DNA from: Candidatus Cloacimonadales bacterium
GTDB lineage: Bacteria > Cloacimonadota > Cloacimonadia > Cloacimonadales > JAFGVF01
DNA: 64,000 nt
Assembly: GCA_963677495.2 (NCBI GenBank)
Contig: CAXXOU010000004.1
Location: 32,001-96,000 of the forward strand
Direction of reading: 5' to 3'
The notes under the pieces are model-generated. The model was not told the DNA's origin. It saw only the letters and a list, made by a program, of their open reading frames with translations, and did no database searches. The position numbers and the translations under genes were made by a program. Shown piece after piece: positions 20,122 through 29,856 of this stretch (position 1 is its first letter; each line of letters starts with the position of its first letter).

Positions 20122-21422
20122 TGTGTTTTACCTTTTGTAATAATTAGGTCCCAAACTGGTGTAATAATATCCTTGGGGATTCCAAGGAGTTCTGCCTTCA
20201 CTTTAAGATTGTCTATCAGTTCCTGCTCTCGTTCAGGAATGCTAATATCAATCCCATTTTTGTTCTTAAAAGATATTACATCTTTTACAATGTTTAACCT
20301 TTTCTTAATCAGAATTAGTAAATCTTCGTCAATCTTGTCAAGACTTTCCCTAAAACTGTTAAGATTTAGATCAGTATCAGATAAAAGGGTTTGATAAGAA
20401 GCTGAATCAGCTAAGGCAAGCTTTGTCATTGCTATTATAACAGGAACTATCCTTGGTACTAGACAAACATCATGACGTCCTTTGACGTTAATCATCCTTT
20501 CTTCTGCTTCTAAATCAATTGTTTTTTGTGTCTTAGCTATAGAAGGAACAGGCTTAATCGCAACACGGAAAACAATATTCTCACCATTTGAAATACCTGC
20601 TTGTATACCACCTGCATTGTTTGAAGTGAATCCATCAGCGTCCATTCCATCATTTGCATCGATTCCTTTCAAAGCTGATAAAGAGAATCCACCTCCAAAC
20701 TCAATACCTTTCACTCCACCAATAGACATAACAGCTTTTGAGATGTTAGCATCCAGTTTCTCAAAGACCGGATCACCCCAGCCTGATGGTACGTCTTTGA
20801 TAGTTATTTGGACAACTCCACCAACGCTATCTCCTTCAGATTTAACGGAATCAAGATAACTCTCAAGCTCTTTTAGTGAGGAGGGATCAGGCCAAAAATA
20901 GGGATTATCCTTTGCAAAGAAGATGTCTTGATATTTAGGGACTTTCTGTCCAATAACCAAAGTCTGCACATCGAAGTGAATATCTCCTAGCACTGAGTTC
21001 AAAGTCTCACCGGCAATGACTCTTGCTATGGTCTCTCTTCCGGATACTCTACCTCCACCTCGCCAATCAAATATCTTGAACTTACTGAAAATGGCAAAGT
21101 CACCATGACCGGGTCTAAATATTTCTTTTAAGTGTTCATACGCAGAGCTGTCTGCATCCCTATTATGCACCAATAAACAGATAGGCATTCCGGTAGTTAT
21201 ACCATCCAGTACACCGGAAATTACCTCTACTTTATCAGGTTCTCGTCTTGAAGTTGAGCTACTAAGTGTTGATGGTCTTCGCTTCTCAAGTGCTATTTCT
21301 ATATCTTTTAACGGGAACTCTATTCCTGCTTTAACGTCTTCTATTACTACGCCCATTGCTTTTCCATGACTCTCACCAAAACAGGTAAAGCCATAGAGGG
21401 CTGAAATGTGATTTCCTCTCAC
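20115..21422 (-). CDS. aroC: Chorismate synthase fused to an AroQ chorismate mutase
   Basis: FGESHG, RPGHGD, RGGGRVSGRET, NNAGGIQAGISNG, GRHDVC; C-terminal LNSFRESLDKIDEDLLILIKKR...PERE; GTG start. Confidence 0.9.
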   Translation of the reverse strand: MRGNHISALYGFTCFGESHGKAMGVVIEDVKAGIEFPLKDIEIALEKRRPSTLSSSTSRREPDKVEVISGVLDGITTGMPICLLVHNRDADSSAYEHLKEIFRPGHGDFAIFSKFKIFDWRGGGRVSGRETIARVIAGETLNSVLGDIHFDVQTLVIGQKVPKYQDIFFAKDNPYFWPDPSSLKELESYLDSVKSEGDSVGGVVQITIKDVPSGWGDPVFEKLDANISKAVMSIGGVKGIEFGGGFSLSALKGIDANDGMDADGFTSNNAGGIQAGISNGENIVFRVAIKPVPSIAKTQKTIDLEAEERMINVKGRHDVCLVPRIVPVIIAMTKLALADSASYQTLLSDTDLNLNSFRESLDKIDEDLLILIKKRLNIVKDVISFKNKNGIDISIPEREQELIDNLKVKAELLGIPKDIITPVWDLIITKGKTQC

Positions 21423-21431
21423 ATCAACTCC

Positions 21432-22349
21432 TTAAGAATTGTTTATCTGATTGAATAAGTTTTCTATTAGTTCCGAATCTATATCTTTAGGATTCAGTAT
21501 AAGGTTGAAATCCTGTCTTCTATACCAGGTCTGTTGCCGTTTCGCATATCTGCGAGTATTCTGTTTTGCTTTCTCAATACATTCATCAAGCTCTGCTTTT
21601 TCATAGAAGTGGGGCATAAACTCTCTGTATCCTACCGCAGTTAATCCATAATCATCTTTTGAATAACCCATCTGTAGCAAAGCTTCTATCTCGATAAGTA
21701 ATCCTTCCGCAATCATTTCATCAAACCGTTTATTAATACGGCTATAGATTAGCTCACGTTCGTCAGATAGGAGTATCTTATAAGGTTTATATTTCTCTAC
21801 AATCTGCTGTTCTTGCCAGTGCACAGAAATCGGTTTACCTGTATGCTCAAATATCTCAAGAGCTCTAAGGATTCGATGCTTGTCTTGTTTATATATATTC
21901 CGGCCGGCATCCGGGTCAATTTGCATAAGTTTTTCATGCATCGCATCTAAGCCTAGAACCTCAGCATCATGCTCAAGCCTTGCCCTTAGTTCAAGCGGAA
22001 TATCAGGTGATTTAAAGATTCCTTCCAATAATGTTTTTATATAGAAACCCGTTCCACCTACGATTATTGGGACTCGTTTATTTTCATGTATTTTATTAAT
22101 TGCTTCTCCGGCATCTATAGCAAAATCACCTGCATTATATCTCACATCAGGATTGATAATGTCTATTATATGATGCTTTACAAGGCGAATATCCTCTTTT
22201 GTCGGCTTTGCAGTCCCAATATCCATGAACTTATATATTTGTCTTGAATCAGCTGATATAATCTCAGTTTCCATTCGCTGAGCAAGTAGCATTGCTAGCC
22301 TACTCTTTCCTGAAGCAGTAGAGCCCTCAATAGTTACTATGGGAATCAT
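21432..22349 (-). CDS. miaA: tRNA dimethylallyltransferase
   Basis: GSTASGKS, ISADSRQIY, DIGTAKP, VGGTGFY, TRRYAKRQ. Confidence 0.97.
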   Translation of the reverse strand: MIPIVTIEGSTASGKSRLAMLLAQRMETEIISADSRQIYKFMDIGTAKPTKEDIRLVKHHIIDIINPDVRYNAGDFAIDAGEAINKIHENKRVPIIVGGTGFYIKTLLEGIFKSPDIPLELRARLEHDAEVLGLDAMHEKLMQIDPDAGRNIYKQDKHRILRALEIFEHTGKPISVHWQEQQIVEKYKPYKILLSDERELIYSRINKRFDEMIAEGLLIEIEALLQMGYSKDDYGLTAVGYREFMPHFYEKAELDECIEKAKQNTRRYAKRQQTWYRRQDFNLILNPKDIDSELIENLFNQINNS

Positions 22350-24181
22350 TCAATCCTCTTAAAACGCTTCTCCAGCTCAGTGAGAGTCATTTTGATTATA
22401 AGTGGTCTTCCATGTGGACAGAAGTATGGTACACTACAAGCGAAGAGATCATTGATCAAGGCAAGCATCTCTTTTCTTGTGAGTTTTCTATTCGCTTTTA
22501 TTGCAGCTTTGCATGCCATTGTCTTAGCTAAACTGTCTCTGATGTCCTCTGTTTCCTCAAACTCATCCTGCAAGTTCTTCATGATATCAAGGAAGAACTC
22601 CTCACTATGCATATCATTAAGCTCAGGAGGTACTTCATCAATTACAACTGAGTTCCCGCTAAACGTCTTAATTGAGAAGCCAACCTGATGGAATATCTCA
22701 ATATTCTTTTCCAGCAGATCAGTAAGCACTGAGTTCAGGTAAGGAGGTATGTTCACAACCAGTGGGAACACAAGCTTTTGTCTAACAGGTGGTGCACCAT
22801 GGATTCTTTGCACCATCTTCTCATAAATGATGCGTTCATGAGCTGCATGCTGATCAATTGCCATCAAGCCATCTTCCGACTGAATGAAAATATATGTATC
22901 ATGCAGTTGCCAAGGATTTACTAATTCTTCCTCTTTGGGCAGTAGTTGTGAAGGGAAAGTCTGCTGTGGTGCTTGATCTTCCTCAATTGCCGGTGGTTTA
23001 ACCTCTTTCTTAAACACATCCGGTTGGAACACTTCTTCCAAGTCAGTTTTATACTCTGAATATCGTGGTTTAACAGGTTTTACGTAAACCTTCTGCTCAT
23101 AGTTAGTAAGTGGTTTACTCTTAGTTAAATCGGCAGTTTTCATCTCTGCTGTATGGAACTTTTCCTTCTCATATTCCATCAAGGCATTGGTAATACTATT
23201 CTTCACAAAACTATGAACAAAATGTGAATCTCTGAATCTTACTTCATGCTTCGCCGGATGCACATTCACATCTATCATCTCCGGATCGATATTAATGAAG
23301 ATGATGTAGGGGGGAAGCTGTCCTTTCTGATGAAGTCCACTCTTCTTTATGAATGGCTCATAAGCTGCTCGAATGGCATGTAAGATGATTTTATCTTTCA
23401 TGTATCTGCCATTCACAAAAATGTATCTATGGTCATAGATGTTGTGCTCAGTGTTCTCTAGACCCGATATGAATCCTTCCAGTTTCACTATCTTGTTTTC
23501 CATTTGCAATGAGATAAGATCATTATCAAAGAATTTGTTACCAAACACAGCACGCATTCTCTGCTCATTATCACCAATTGCAGGATAGTTCAGTCTCTCT
23601 CTTCCATTGGATATGAATTTGAAACTAACTTCAGGATAGACTATAGACTGATAATGAAGATAGTTTAAGATATGCTTAAATTCGACTTGATCAGACTTAA
23701 GGAATTTCCTTCTGGCTGGAACGTTACTAAATAGTCTTTTTACCGATATGTCAGTGCCCTTATTACCGGCAATACGGGATACATCTTTCAATGTACCACC
23801 ATAAAACTCAATACGGTTTGCAACTTCTGATTTTTCATCTTTCGTCACCATTATTAGATGACTGATAGAACTAATACTTGGGAGAGCTTCACCTCGAAAA
23901 CCGAGTGTCCCAATTTTAATTATGTCTTCAACATTGCGTATCTTCGAGGTTGCATGGCGTTCAAAACACAAGAGGGCATCGTTCTCATTCATTCCATGAC
24001 CATTATCAATCACCTGAATAAGGTCTTTGCCACCCTTCTCAATATTTACAGTTATAGATGTTGCACCTGCGTCAATTGCATTCTCAACCAACTCTTTGAC
24101 TACTGATGCCGGTCTGTCTATAACCTCACCGGCAGCAATCCTATTGGCAACTTCTTCTGATAAAACTTTTATTCTATTCAT
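22346..24181 (-). CDS. mutL: DNA mismatch repair endonuclease MutL
   Basis: IAAGEV, GFRGEAL, DVNVHPAK, DQHAAHERIIYE, ACK, CPHGRP. Confidence 0.98.
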   Translation of the reverse strand: MNRIKVLSEEVANRIAAGEVIDRPASVVKELVENAIDAGATSITVNIEKGGKDLIQVIDNGHGMNENDALLCFERHATSKIRNVEDIIKIGTLGFRGEALPSISSISHLIMVTKDEKSEVANRIEFYGGTLKDVSRIAGNKGTDISVKRLFSNVPARRKFLKSDQVEFKHILNYLHYQSIVYPEVSFKFISNGRERLNYPAIGDNEQRMRAVFGNKFFDNDLISLQMENKIVKLEGFISGLENTEHNIYDHRYIFVNGRYMKDKIILHAIRAAYEPFIKKSGLHQKGQLPPYIIFINIDPEMIDVNVHPAKHEVRFRDSHFVHSFVKNSITNALMEYEKEKFHTAEMKTADLTKSKPLTNYEQKVYVKPVKPRYSEYKTDLEEVFQPDVFKKEVKPPAIEEDQAPQQTFPSQLLPKEEELVNPWQLHDTYIFIQSEDGLMAIDQHAAHERIIYEKMVQRIHGAPPVRQKLVFPLVVNIPPYLNSVLTDLLEKNIEIFHQVGFSIKTFSGNSVVIDEVPPELNDMHSEEFFLDIMKNLQDEFEETEDIRDSLAKTMACKAAIKANRKLTRKEMLALINDLFACSVPYFCPHGRPLIIKMTLTELEKRFKRIE

Positions 24182-24295
24182 CTATAATGAGTTCCTTGAT
24201 AATATTCTTCTACCTTTAGTGATGAAATTGCCGTTCTTGTGTCAAGAAATCATTACTGCTATATTTCTATACTCCAATCAAAGCTGATTGTCTTA

Positions 24296-24997
24296 TCAAT
24301 AAGCAACTGTCTGGATACGGTATGAATAAGTAACACTGAATGTACCTACGACAACTTCCATGTTGCCATCAATGTACTCTTTATCTGTAGTATTTCCGAA
24401 ATAGTTCAGGCTTAGCACGTGATTTTTTTTGATTCTAAATCCACCCCCAAAATTATAACCAAACCCAAACAATTTATCACCTTCTTCTGCATCACTTCCA
24501 TACCATTCTGCCATTCCAAAACCCCCTTCGATAAACAATCCATTATTCACTGATTTTGGTGTTACATTAAATCTAGCTCCCATACCTAAATAAGCATTCG
24601 TAATTGTTATATTCTCCTCATATATGTTTTCCATACTATAGAAATTTGCTTTTATATGAGCAAATAAATCATACTCAGGTCTCGCAACTCCACCTTTTAT
24701 ATCAATCATAAAGCCTGATTCACTATCTGGCTCAGCTGTTAGAATGTATTCATTTGTTTCAATAGTTTGCTCATATTTTGTACTACTATATCCTGCACCA
24801 AATTCATTAAAGTAACACAATGCTGTTCTTTTTCGTTCCTTTCTCTTTACCCTTTCAGTACTAACCTCTGACTCTTCTTTAACTTTCCTGACTTTTCTTA
24901 CTCTCTTCTTAGTCTCCACTTTTGGCTCTGCTGTTTTATCAGCAAATAACCCTTGTGTTATCAGAATAGCCAATACAATAAACAATATCTTTTTCAT
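24296..24997 (-). CDS. Exported protein, probable outer-membrane beta-barrel
   Basis: Signal peptide, alternating aromatic/Gly strands, basic N-terminal linker. Confidence 0.6.
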   Translation of the reverse strand: MKKILFIVLAILITQGLFADKTAEPKVETKKRVRKVRKVKEESEVSTERVKRKERKRTALCYFNEFGAGYSSTKYEQTIETNEYILTAEPDSESGFMIDIKGGVARPEYDLFAHIKANFYSMENIYEENITITNAYLGMGARFNVTPKSVNNGLFIEGGFGMAEWYGSDAEEGDKLFGFGYNFGGGFRIKKNHVLSLNYFGNTTDKEYIDGNMEVVVGTFSVTYSYRIQTVAY

Positions 24998-25015
24998 TTA
25001 ATCCCCCTGTAAATC

Positions 25016-25594
25016 CTAGAATTTGTACATCAAACCGAGTTGTAAACTAATTGGTATTACCCCAATCATATCATCACTTAAAGCTGCAAACAAAGTGAAA
25101 GGAACATCTGCAATAAAATGTAATTTCCCTGCAATTTTATGCTCCATGCCGACACCTCCACCAAATGCAAGTATAGCCATCCTATCTTCATCACTTAAAG
25201 AAAATGGATCTCCTTTGTAATGATCATAATTATTGGAGATATTTGAACTTGCCATAAAACAACTTCCACCCACAAACCAGTAGTATCGACCTGTTTTATG
25301 CTTCTTAAATTCAGTCATTATCTGAAGACCAAAAGAGTAAAGCTCACGTTCTCGAATATAATCGCGTTCATATTTCACAATATCCTCTTCTAGTCCAAAA
25401 GCACCGAATGTAACCTGTACACCCCTTCTACTTTTGAACCATCGTGCAGAAAGCCCCATTCCACTTACAGCACCGGCATTTATTCCTAGACTAAACTCTT
25501 TTTTATCTGTTTGCTCTTCAATTGATTCATCTGCATTTAAGCAGGCAATAGATAGTATGATAGTGATAATAGTAATTAGAAATCTTTTTCCCAT
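25016..25594 (-). CDS. Exported protein, probable small outer-membrane beta-barrel
   Basis: Signal peptide, amphipathic strands, terminal QLGLMYKF beta-signal. Confidence 0.6.
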   Translation of the reverse strand: MGKRFLITIITIILSIACLNADESIEEQTDKKEFSLGINAGAVSGMGLSARWFKSRRGVQVTFGAFGLEEDIVKYERDYIRERELYSFGLQIMTEFKKHKTGRYYWFVGGSCFMASSNISNNYDHYKGDPFSLSDEDRMAILAFGGGVGMEHKIAGKLHFIADVPFTLFAALSDDMIGVIPISLQLGLMYKF

Positions 25595-25750
25595 ATTCCC
25601 CTTCTTTTTCAAACAGTATTGTAACTATTCTTTATGCTCCTTTTGATTAAGTTAACTATTGATAAAGTACAGAGTACATATGGTCAAGTATTTGTTTGAA
25701 TTTTCTTCCTAAGTTTTGAGCTATTGTAATTCGAAATGATTTTAATTAGT

Positions 25751-26107
25751 CTATAACTCCCTGAAAAATACTAACTTATTTCCAAAAGGATCTTGCACGC
25801 TCATCTCAGCAGTACCCCATGATGTTTTCATAATTCCGGGTCTATAGTATTTATAATTCTTACCGGTTATCTTCTTATGATAATCCTCTAAGTCCTCTAT
25901 CTCTAACCTAATTGCACTTCCTGGTGTCCCATCTCCATGATGTTCTGATAGATGGATAACAAAGTCACCCTTTGAAACTTGCATATATAATGGGGCAGAG
26001 GGATCAAATCTGTGTTCCCAATCAACTGTGAATCCCAGAAAATCTATGTAAAACTCTTTAGCTTTATTCTCATCAAACATTCTAAAGATCGGTGTTATAC
26101 AACTCAT
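25751..26107 (-). CDS. Glyoxalase/bleomycin-resistance (VOC) superfamily protein
   Basis: KAKEFYIDFLGFTVDWEH, HLSEHHGD, WG..MSVQDPFGNKL. Confidence 0.85.
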   Translation of the reverse strand: MSCITPIFRMFDENKAKEFYIDFLGFTVDWEHRFDPSAPLYMQVSKGDFVIHLSEHHGDGTPGSAIRLEIEDLEDYHKKITGKNYKYYRPGIMKTSWGTAEMSVQDPFGNKLVFFREL

Positions 26108-26202
26108 AACTACCTCCTTTTATAATAACATATCTGAAGATTGATCTTTTGCGACTATGAATATGGATTTCACTTCTTCCTGCTATCCACTTTGCTTCAA
26201 TT

Positions 26203-26383
26203 TTACAAGTATAACCTTCACTGCCTTATTACTCCCTTTCAATAGACACACTATACAATTAAATAAGTTATCCACAACTTGTGACTAACTTGCTGCTTAG
26301 AGTAAGAGAGAAGTAAGTGTCAAGTAAGTGTGGAGTAAGAGTGTAGTAGGAATTGATTGGGTGTGATTCATCAGACCAGTGAG
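26203..26383. repeat. 11-bp-phased palindromic array, core AGTAAG, with flanks
   Basis: AGTAAG at 26301, 26312, 26323, 26334 and AGTAGG at 26345; degenerate left arm CTTGTG 26278, CTTGCT 26289; left flank resembles that of the 48.3 kb array. Confidence 0.7.
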
Positions 26384-26420
26384 TTTTAGCAATTGTAACT
26401 CTTCATTCCCCCGATTTTCA

Positions 26421-26548
26421 CTGGAGTAACAATTACATAATCCCTATAAGTATCCTATATGACCCTTATATGAAACCTATATGAACATATAGGAATCTTA
26501 TCTGTTGGATATGGGATATTTTTACCCTTTATATGCTTATTGCTCCAG
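26421..26548. repeat. 11-bp-phased palindromic array, core CCTATA/TATAGG
   Basis: CCTATA 26443, 26454, CTTATA 26465, CCTATA 26476; centre CCTATATG-AA-CATATAGG; TATAGG 26488, TATCTG 26499, TATGGG 26510; flanks CTGGAG...CTCCAG. Confidence 0.8.
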
Positions 26549-26744
26549 GGCGTGGCGGGAGAAAAAGGAAAGAAAATAAAAAAAGATCCGGAAAACGTGC
26601 ACGAAAAATGGCATTTCGTGCACTTATATAAATAGGGGAGAAGTAAAATAGTTGTGAAAAACCAGAGTGAAAATGGCGAAAACCAGAGTTATATATTATA
26701 GGGACAGTCTATCGAGAAAACGAAAATTATAGAAAGGAGGAATT

Positions 26745-27197
26745 ATGAGACTGAGCTTATTACCCTTAATCACAGGCTTATCAGGCAGACTAGGCAAGCT
26801 TGTATTTTGTATCGAAAAGAAGTCCGGTGCCTGCTGGACAAGATTGTATGTAAAACCTGAGATAACTGAACACAACCATGAAATCGGTAGTGCTGCGAAG
26901 AACCTTAGTACTATCTATCATCAAGTAAATGAAGGTTACATGGATGATTTGAAAGATTATGTCGACCGCTTCAACTTGGAGTATCTTGAACACAAAGGTT
27001 ATATGAAGACTTTCCCCTGCTTCATGAAGATGATGTATGCGATGAAACGAAAGCACCCATCCGTGAACCTTAAGACTCTTACGATAGATCAAATCATGTC
27101 GGAAGACCTACCGGTTCGTTCAATCAGAGAAGCAGTAGAGCATGAACTACTCCCGGTTGTGAAACGGTATCAGGAGTTGAATGTCTCGATTGTGTGA
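26745..27197 (+). CDS. Uncharacterised protein with N-terminal GLSGRLGKLVF..R.YVKP motif
   Basis: AAGGAGG RBS, 150-aa ORF; N-terminus resembles SG(K/R)xGxxV uncharacterised FCB proteins (possibly DUF6266-like, tentative). Confidence 0.7.
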   Translation: MRLSLLPLITGLSGRLGKLVFCIEKKSGACWTRLYVKPEITEHNHEIGSAAKNLSTIYHQVNEGYMDDLKDYVDRFNLEYLEHKGYMKTFPCFMKMMYAMKRKHPSVNLKTLTIDQIMSEDLPVRSIREAVEHELLPVVKRYQELNVSIV

Positions 27198-27204
27198 TTG
27201 ACCT

Positions 27205-27620
27205 AAGCGGTCACCATTACGACCAAAGGGAGTTCGGGGAACCGACTGTTAGGAGCTCGTAAACGGATGTTTACAATTGCGTTTGCACGGAACTCGTTAA
27301 TGCTTGGCTGATGCGCTCAACAGGAAATAATCAATCCCCAGAACCCCTACTTTCAAGTAGGGGCTTGGAGAACTCAATATTGCATTTCTCCCCTTCCCAC
27401 ATTTCGTTTTGAAAGGTGGAGATGGGGATTTTATATTAGCGAAATGAATCATGCCACCGGATAAATCCGGTGGTTCTGGGGAGCATATTATGTGATAATC
27501 CCAATAATATGTCATAGGAGTAGTTGCCCCAATGAGAAAGCAGTGTTTATGGACTTTGTGGACAGAAGTAGACATAGTGTTTAAATACTCACTTCGTCCA
27601 CTAACGTCTACAAAGTCCAC
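27205..27620. repeat. REP-like mosaic
   Basis: AAGCGGTCAC.. unit 27205-27241; hairpins CCCCTACTT-TC-AAGTAGGGG (27344) and CCACCGGAT-AA-ATCCGGTGG (27454) inside the IR TCCCCAGAACC...GGTTCTGGGGA; inverted GTGGAC-type triplets 27549-27620. Confidence 0.75.
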
Positions 27621-27805
27621 TTTATACCTGATACAGAATAACGGGAAAGAATGTTCCTTCTCACATTCGCTCAGGTAAACTTCCTTAATTGCTGAGAAAA
27701 CACTCAAATTAACTCAAAAATAATGCAGGAATGCAAATAATTAGTTGTCAGAGAAATTGAAAGTGGAATATTAACAAAAATAAACAATAGAAGATGAGGA
27801 AAGAG

Positions 27806-29113
27806 ATGAAGAAACTAAGGGTATTGATAATAATCCTGGTTATTGCAGCAGTAGCATTTGGTGGCTACAAGATGTTATCAAAGAAAGGTGCTAGCAGTGA
27901 AGAGGGTGGATTTGAGTTCACAGCAGTAAAGCGTGGAAACATAGAGAACATTGTATCATGTACAGGAACAATTGAACCTTTAGGTTCTGTTGATGTTGGT
28001 ACTGAGCTATCCGGAACGATAGAAGATGTACTTGTTGACTTCAATGATGTAGTTAAGAAGAATCAGGTGCTTGCAATCCTTGATACTACTCAGTTAGCTA
28101 TAAACCTTAGAACATCAAAGGCAGATTTAATGCGTTCAAGAGCACAGTTTGAACTTAGTAAAATGACTTACGAAAGCGATCTTGAGCTTCATAAGAAGGG
28201 TTTTATCTCTGATATAGAGTTGCAAAACTCCAAGACAAGTTATCACTCATCAGAGGCATCACTTATCTCATCTGAAGCAAGCTATGAGAAAAGTTATAAC
28301 AATTTACATAAATATGCTATTATCCGTTCCCCGATAAATGGTACGGTAATCCATAGAAATGTGGACCCTGGGCAGACTGTAGCTGCAAGCTACTCCACCC
28401 CTACTCTATTCACAGTTGCTGAGAATCTTGCAAACATTCAGATAGAAGCACTTGTGGATGAAGGTGACATCGGTCAAATCAAAGAGGGAATGGACGTAGT
28501 ATTCTCAGTTGAAAGCTATCCTGACCTTGAGTTTGAAGCTAAGGCAAAACAGGTGAGACTGCAGCCACAAACAGTGTCTAATGTTGTTAATTACACTGTG
28601 ATTGTAGAAGCTGAGAACGATAAAGGCATCTTACTTCCGGGTATGACAGCTACAGTTGAGTTCATCATTGAACAGAAGCTTGATGTGCTTATGGTGCAAA
28701 CATCTGCTCTTAAATTCCAGCCAAGTCGTGAAATGATGATGGATGCTATGAAGAAACAGCATGAGAGTATGGACCCAAAGCAGAAAGCTGATATGGAAAA
28801 GCGTCGTAAAGAGTTCCAGAATATGAGCCAGTCTGAGCGGCAGGCAATGATGCAGAAGATGCGTCAGTCCGGTAGTGCCGGAATGGGACCTGGAATGGGT
28901 TCAAATGGTGGACAGCGTGGTGGCAAAGATATGACACGTGTTTGGTATGTTGATGAAAACGGTAGTCCACAGATGCTGAGAGTGAAGAAGGGTGTTACAG
29001 ATGGTGCAAACACTGAGATTTCAGGAAACGATGTGACTGAAGGCTTACAGCTAATCTACAAGCAGAAGAAGACTTCATCAGTACCAAGACATATGAAACG
29101 AGGACTCTTTTAG
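27806..29113 (+). CDS. MacA-like efflux adaptor
   Basis: VDVGTELSGTI, GQTVAASYSTPTLF, VDEGDIG, VVNYTV, LLPGMTATV; Met/Gly-rich insert. Confidence 0.9.
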   Translation: MKKLRVLIIILVIAAVAFGGYKMLSKKGASSEEGGFEFTAVKRGNIENIVSCTGTIEPLGSVDVGTELSGTIEDVLVDFNDVVKKNQVLAILDTTQLAINLRTSKADLMRSRAQFELSKMTYESDLELHKKGFISDIELQNSKTSYHSSEASLISSEASYEKSYNNLHKYAIIRSPINGTVIHRNVDPGQTVAASYSTPTLFTVAENLANIQIEALVDEGDIGQIKEGMDVVFSVESYPDLEFEAKAKQVRLQPQTVSNVVNYTVIVEAENDKGILLPGMTATVEFIIEQKLDVLMVQTSALKFQPSREMMMDAMKKQHESMDPKQKADMEKRRKEFQNMSQSERQAMMQKMRQSGSAGMGPGMGSNGGQRGGKDMTRVWYVDENGSPQMLRVKKGVTDGANTEISGNDVTEGLQLIYKQKKTSSVPRHMKRGLF

Positions 29114-29121
29114 GAAACACT

Positions 29122-29856
29122 ATGCCAAATAAAATTATCGAGATGTTTAATCTCAAGAAGAACTACTATGTTGGTACTCAGGTAGTGAAAGCTTTGCAAG
29201 GGATTGACCTGAATATTGAAGAGGGTGAGTTTGTTGCCATTATGGGCTCCTCCGGTTCCGGTAAATCAACTCTTATGAATATTATTGGTTGTTTAGATAA
29301 GATTACTGAAGGTACTTACAAGCTTGATTCAGTAGATGTTAAAGACCTTAGTAAAAACCAATATGCTGATATAAGAAACCAAAAGATTGGTTTTGTGTTT
29401 CAGGGGTTTAATCTACTCCCTCGTACAACAGCTTTAGAGAATGTTGAGCTTCCTCTTCTTTATGACAGACAGAATAGAATCAAGAAACCACTTGAGAAGG
29501 CTAAAGAAGCCTTAACGAAGGTTGGTCTTGCCGAGAGAATGGATCATGAACCTAACCAGTTATCAGGTGGTCAGCAACAGCGTGTGGCTATAGCCAGAGC
29601 ACTTGTAACAGAACCGGCATTACTGCTTGCTGATGAACCAACGGGTAACTTGGATACAAAGACTTCCAATGAAGTAATGGCCTTGTTTCAGGAACTTAAT
29701 GAACAAGGTATCACAATCGTGTTGGTTACACATGAGCCGGACATAGCACAGTATGCAAAACGTAATATTGTGCTTAGAGATGGAAAGATCATTGAGGACC
29801 ATATGGTCGAAAATAGATTAAAAGCAGATGAGGGAGTGCATTATGAAATGGTCTAA
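29122..29856 (+). CDS. MacB/LolD-type ABC ATPase
   Basis: GSSGSGKST, IGFVFQGFNLL, LSGGQQQRVAIARAL, ADEPTGNLD. Confidence 0.93.
   Translation: MPNKIIEMFNLKKNYYVGTQVVKALQGIDLNIEEGEFVAIMGSSGSGKSTLMNIIGCLDKITEGTYKLDSVDVKDLSKNQYADIRNQKIGFVFQGFNLLPRTTALENVELPLLYDRQNRIKKPLEKAKEALTKVGLAERMDHEPNQLSGGQQQRVAIARALVTEPALLLADEPTGNLDTKTSNEVMALFQELNEQGITIVLVTHEPDIAQYAKRNIVLRDGKIIEDHMVENRLKADEGVHYEMV

Noticed and set aside
27297..27707. 136-aa minus-strand ORF
   Set aside because: Spans a repeat mosaic, non-ATG start, no recognisable domain.
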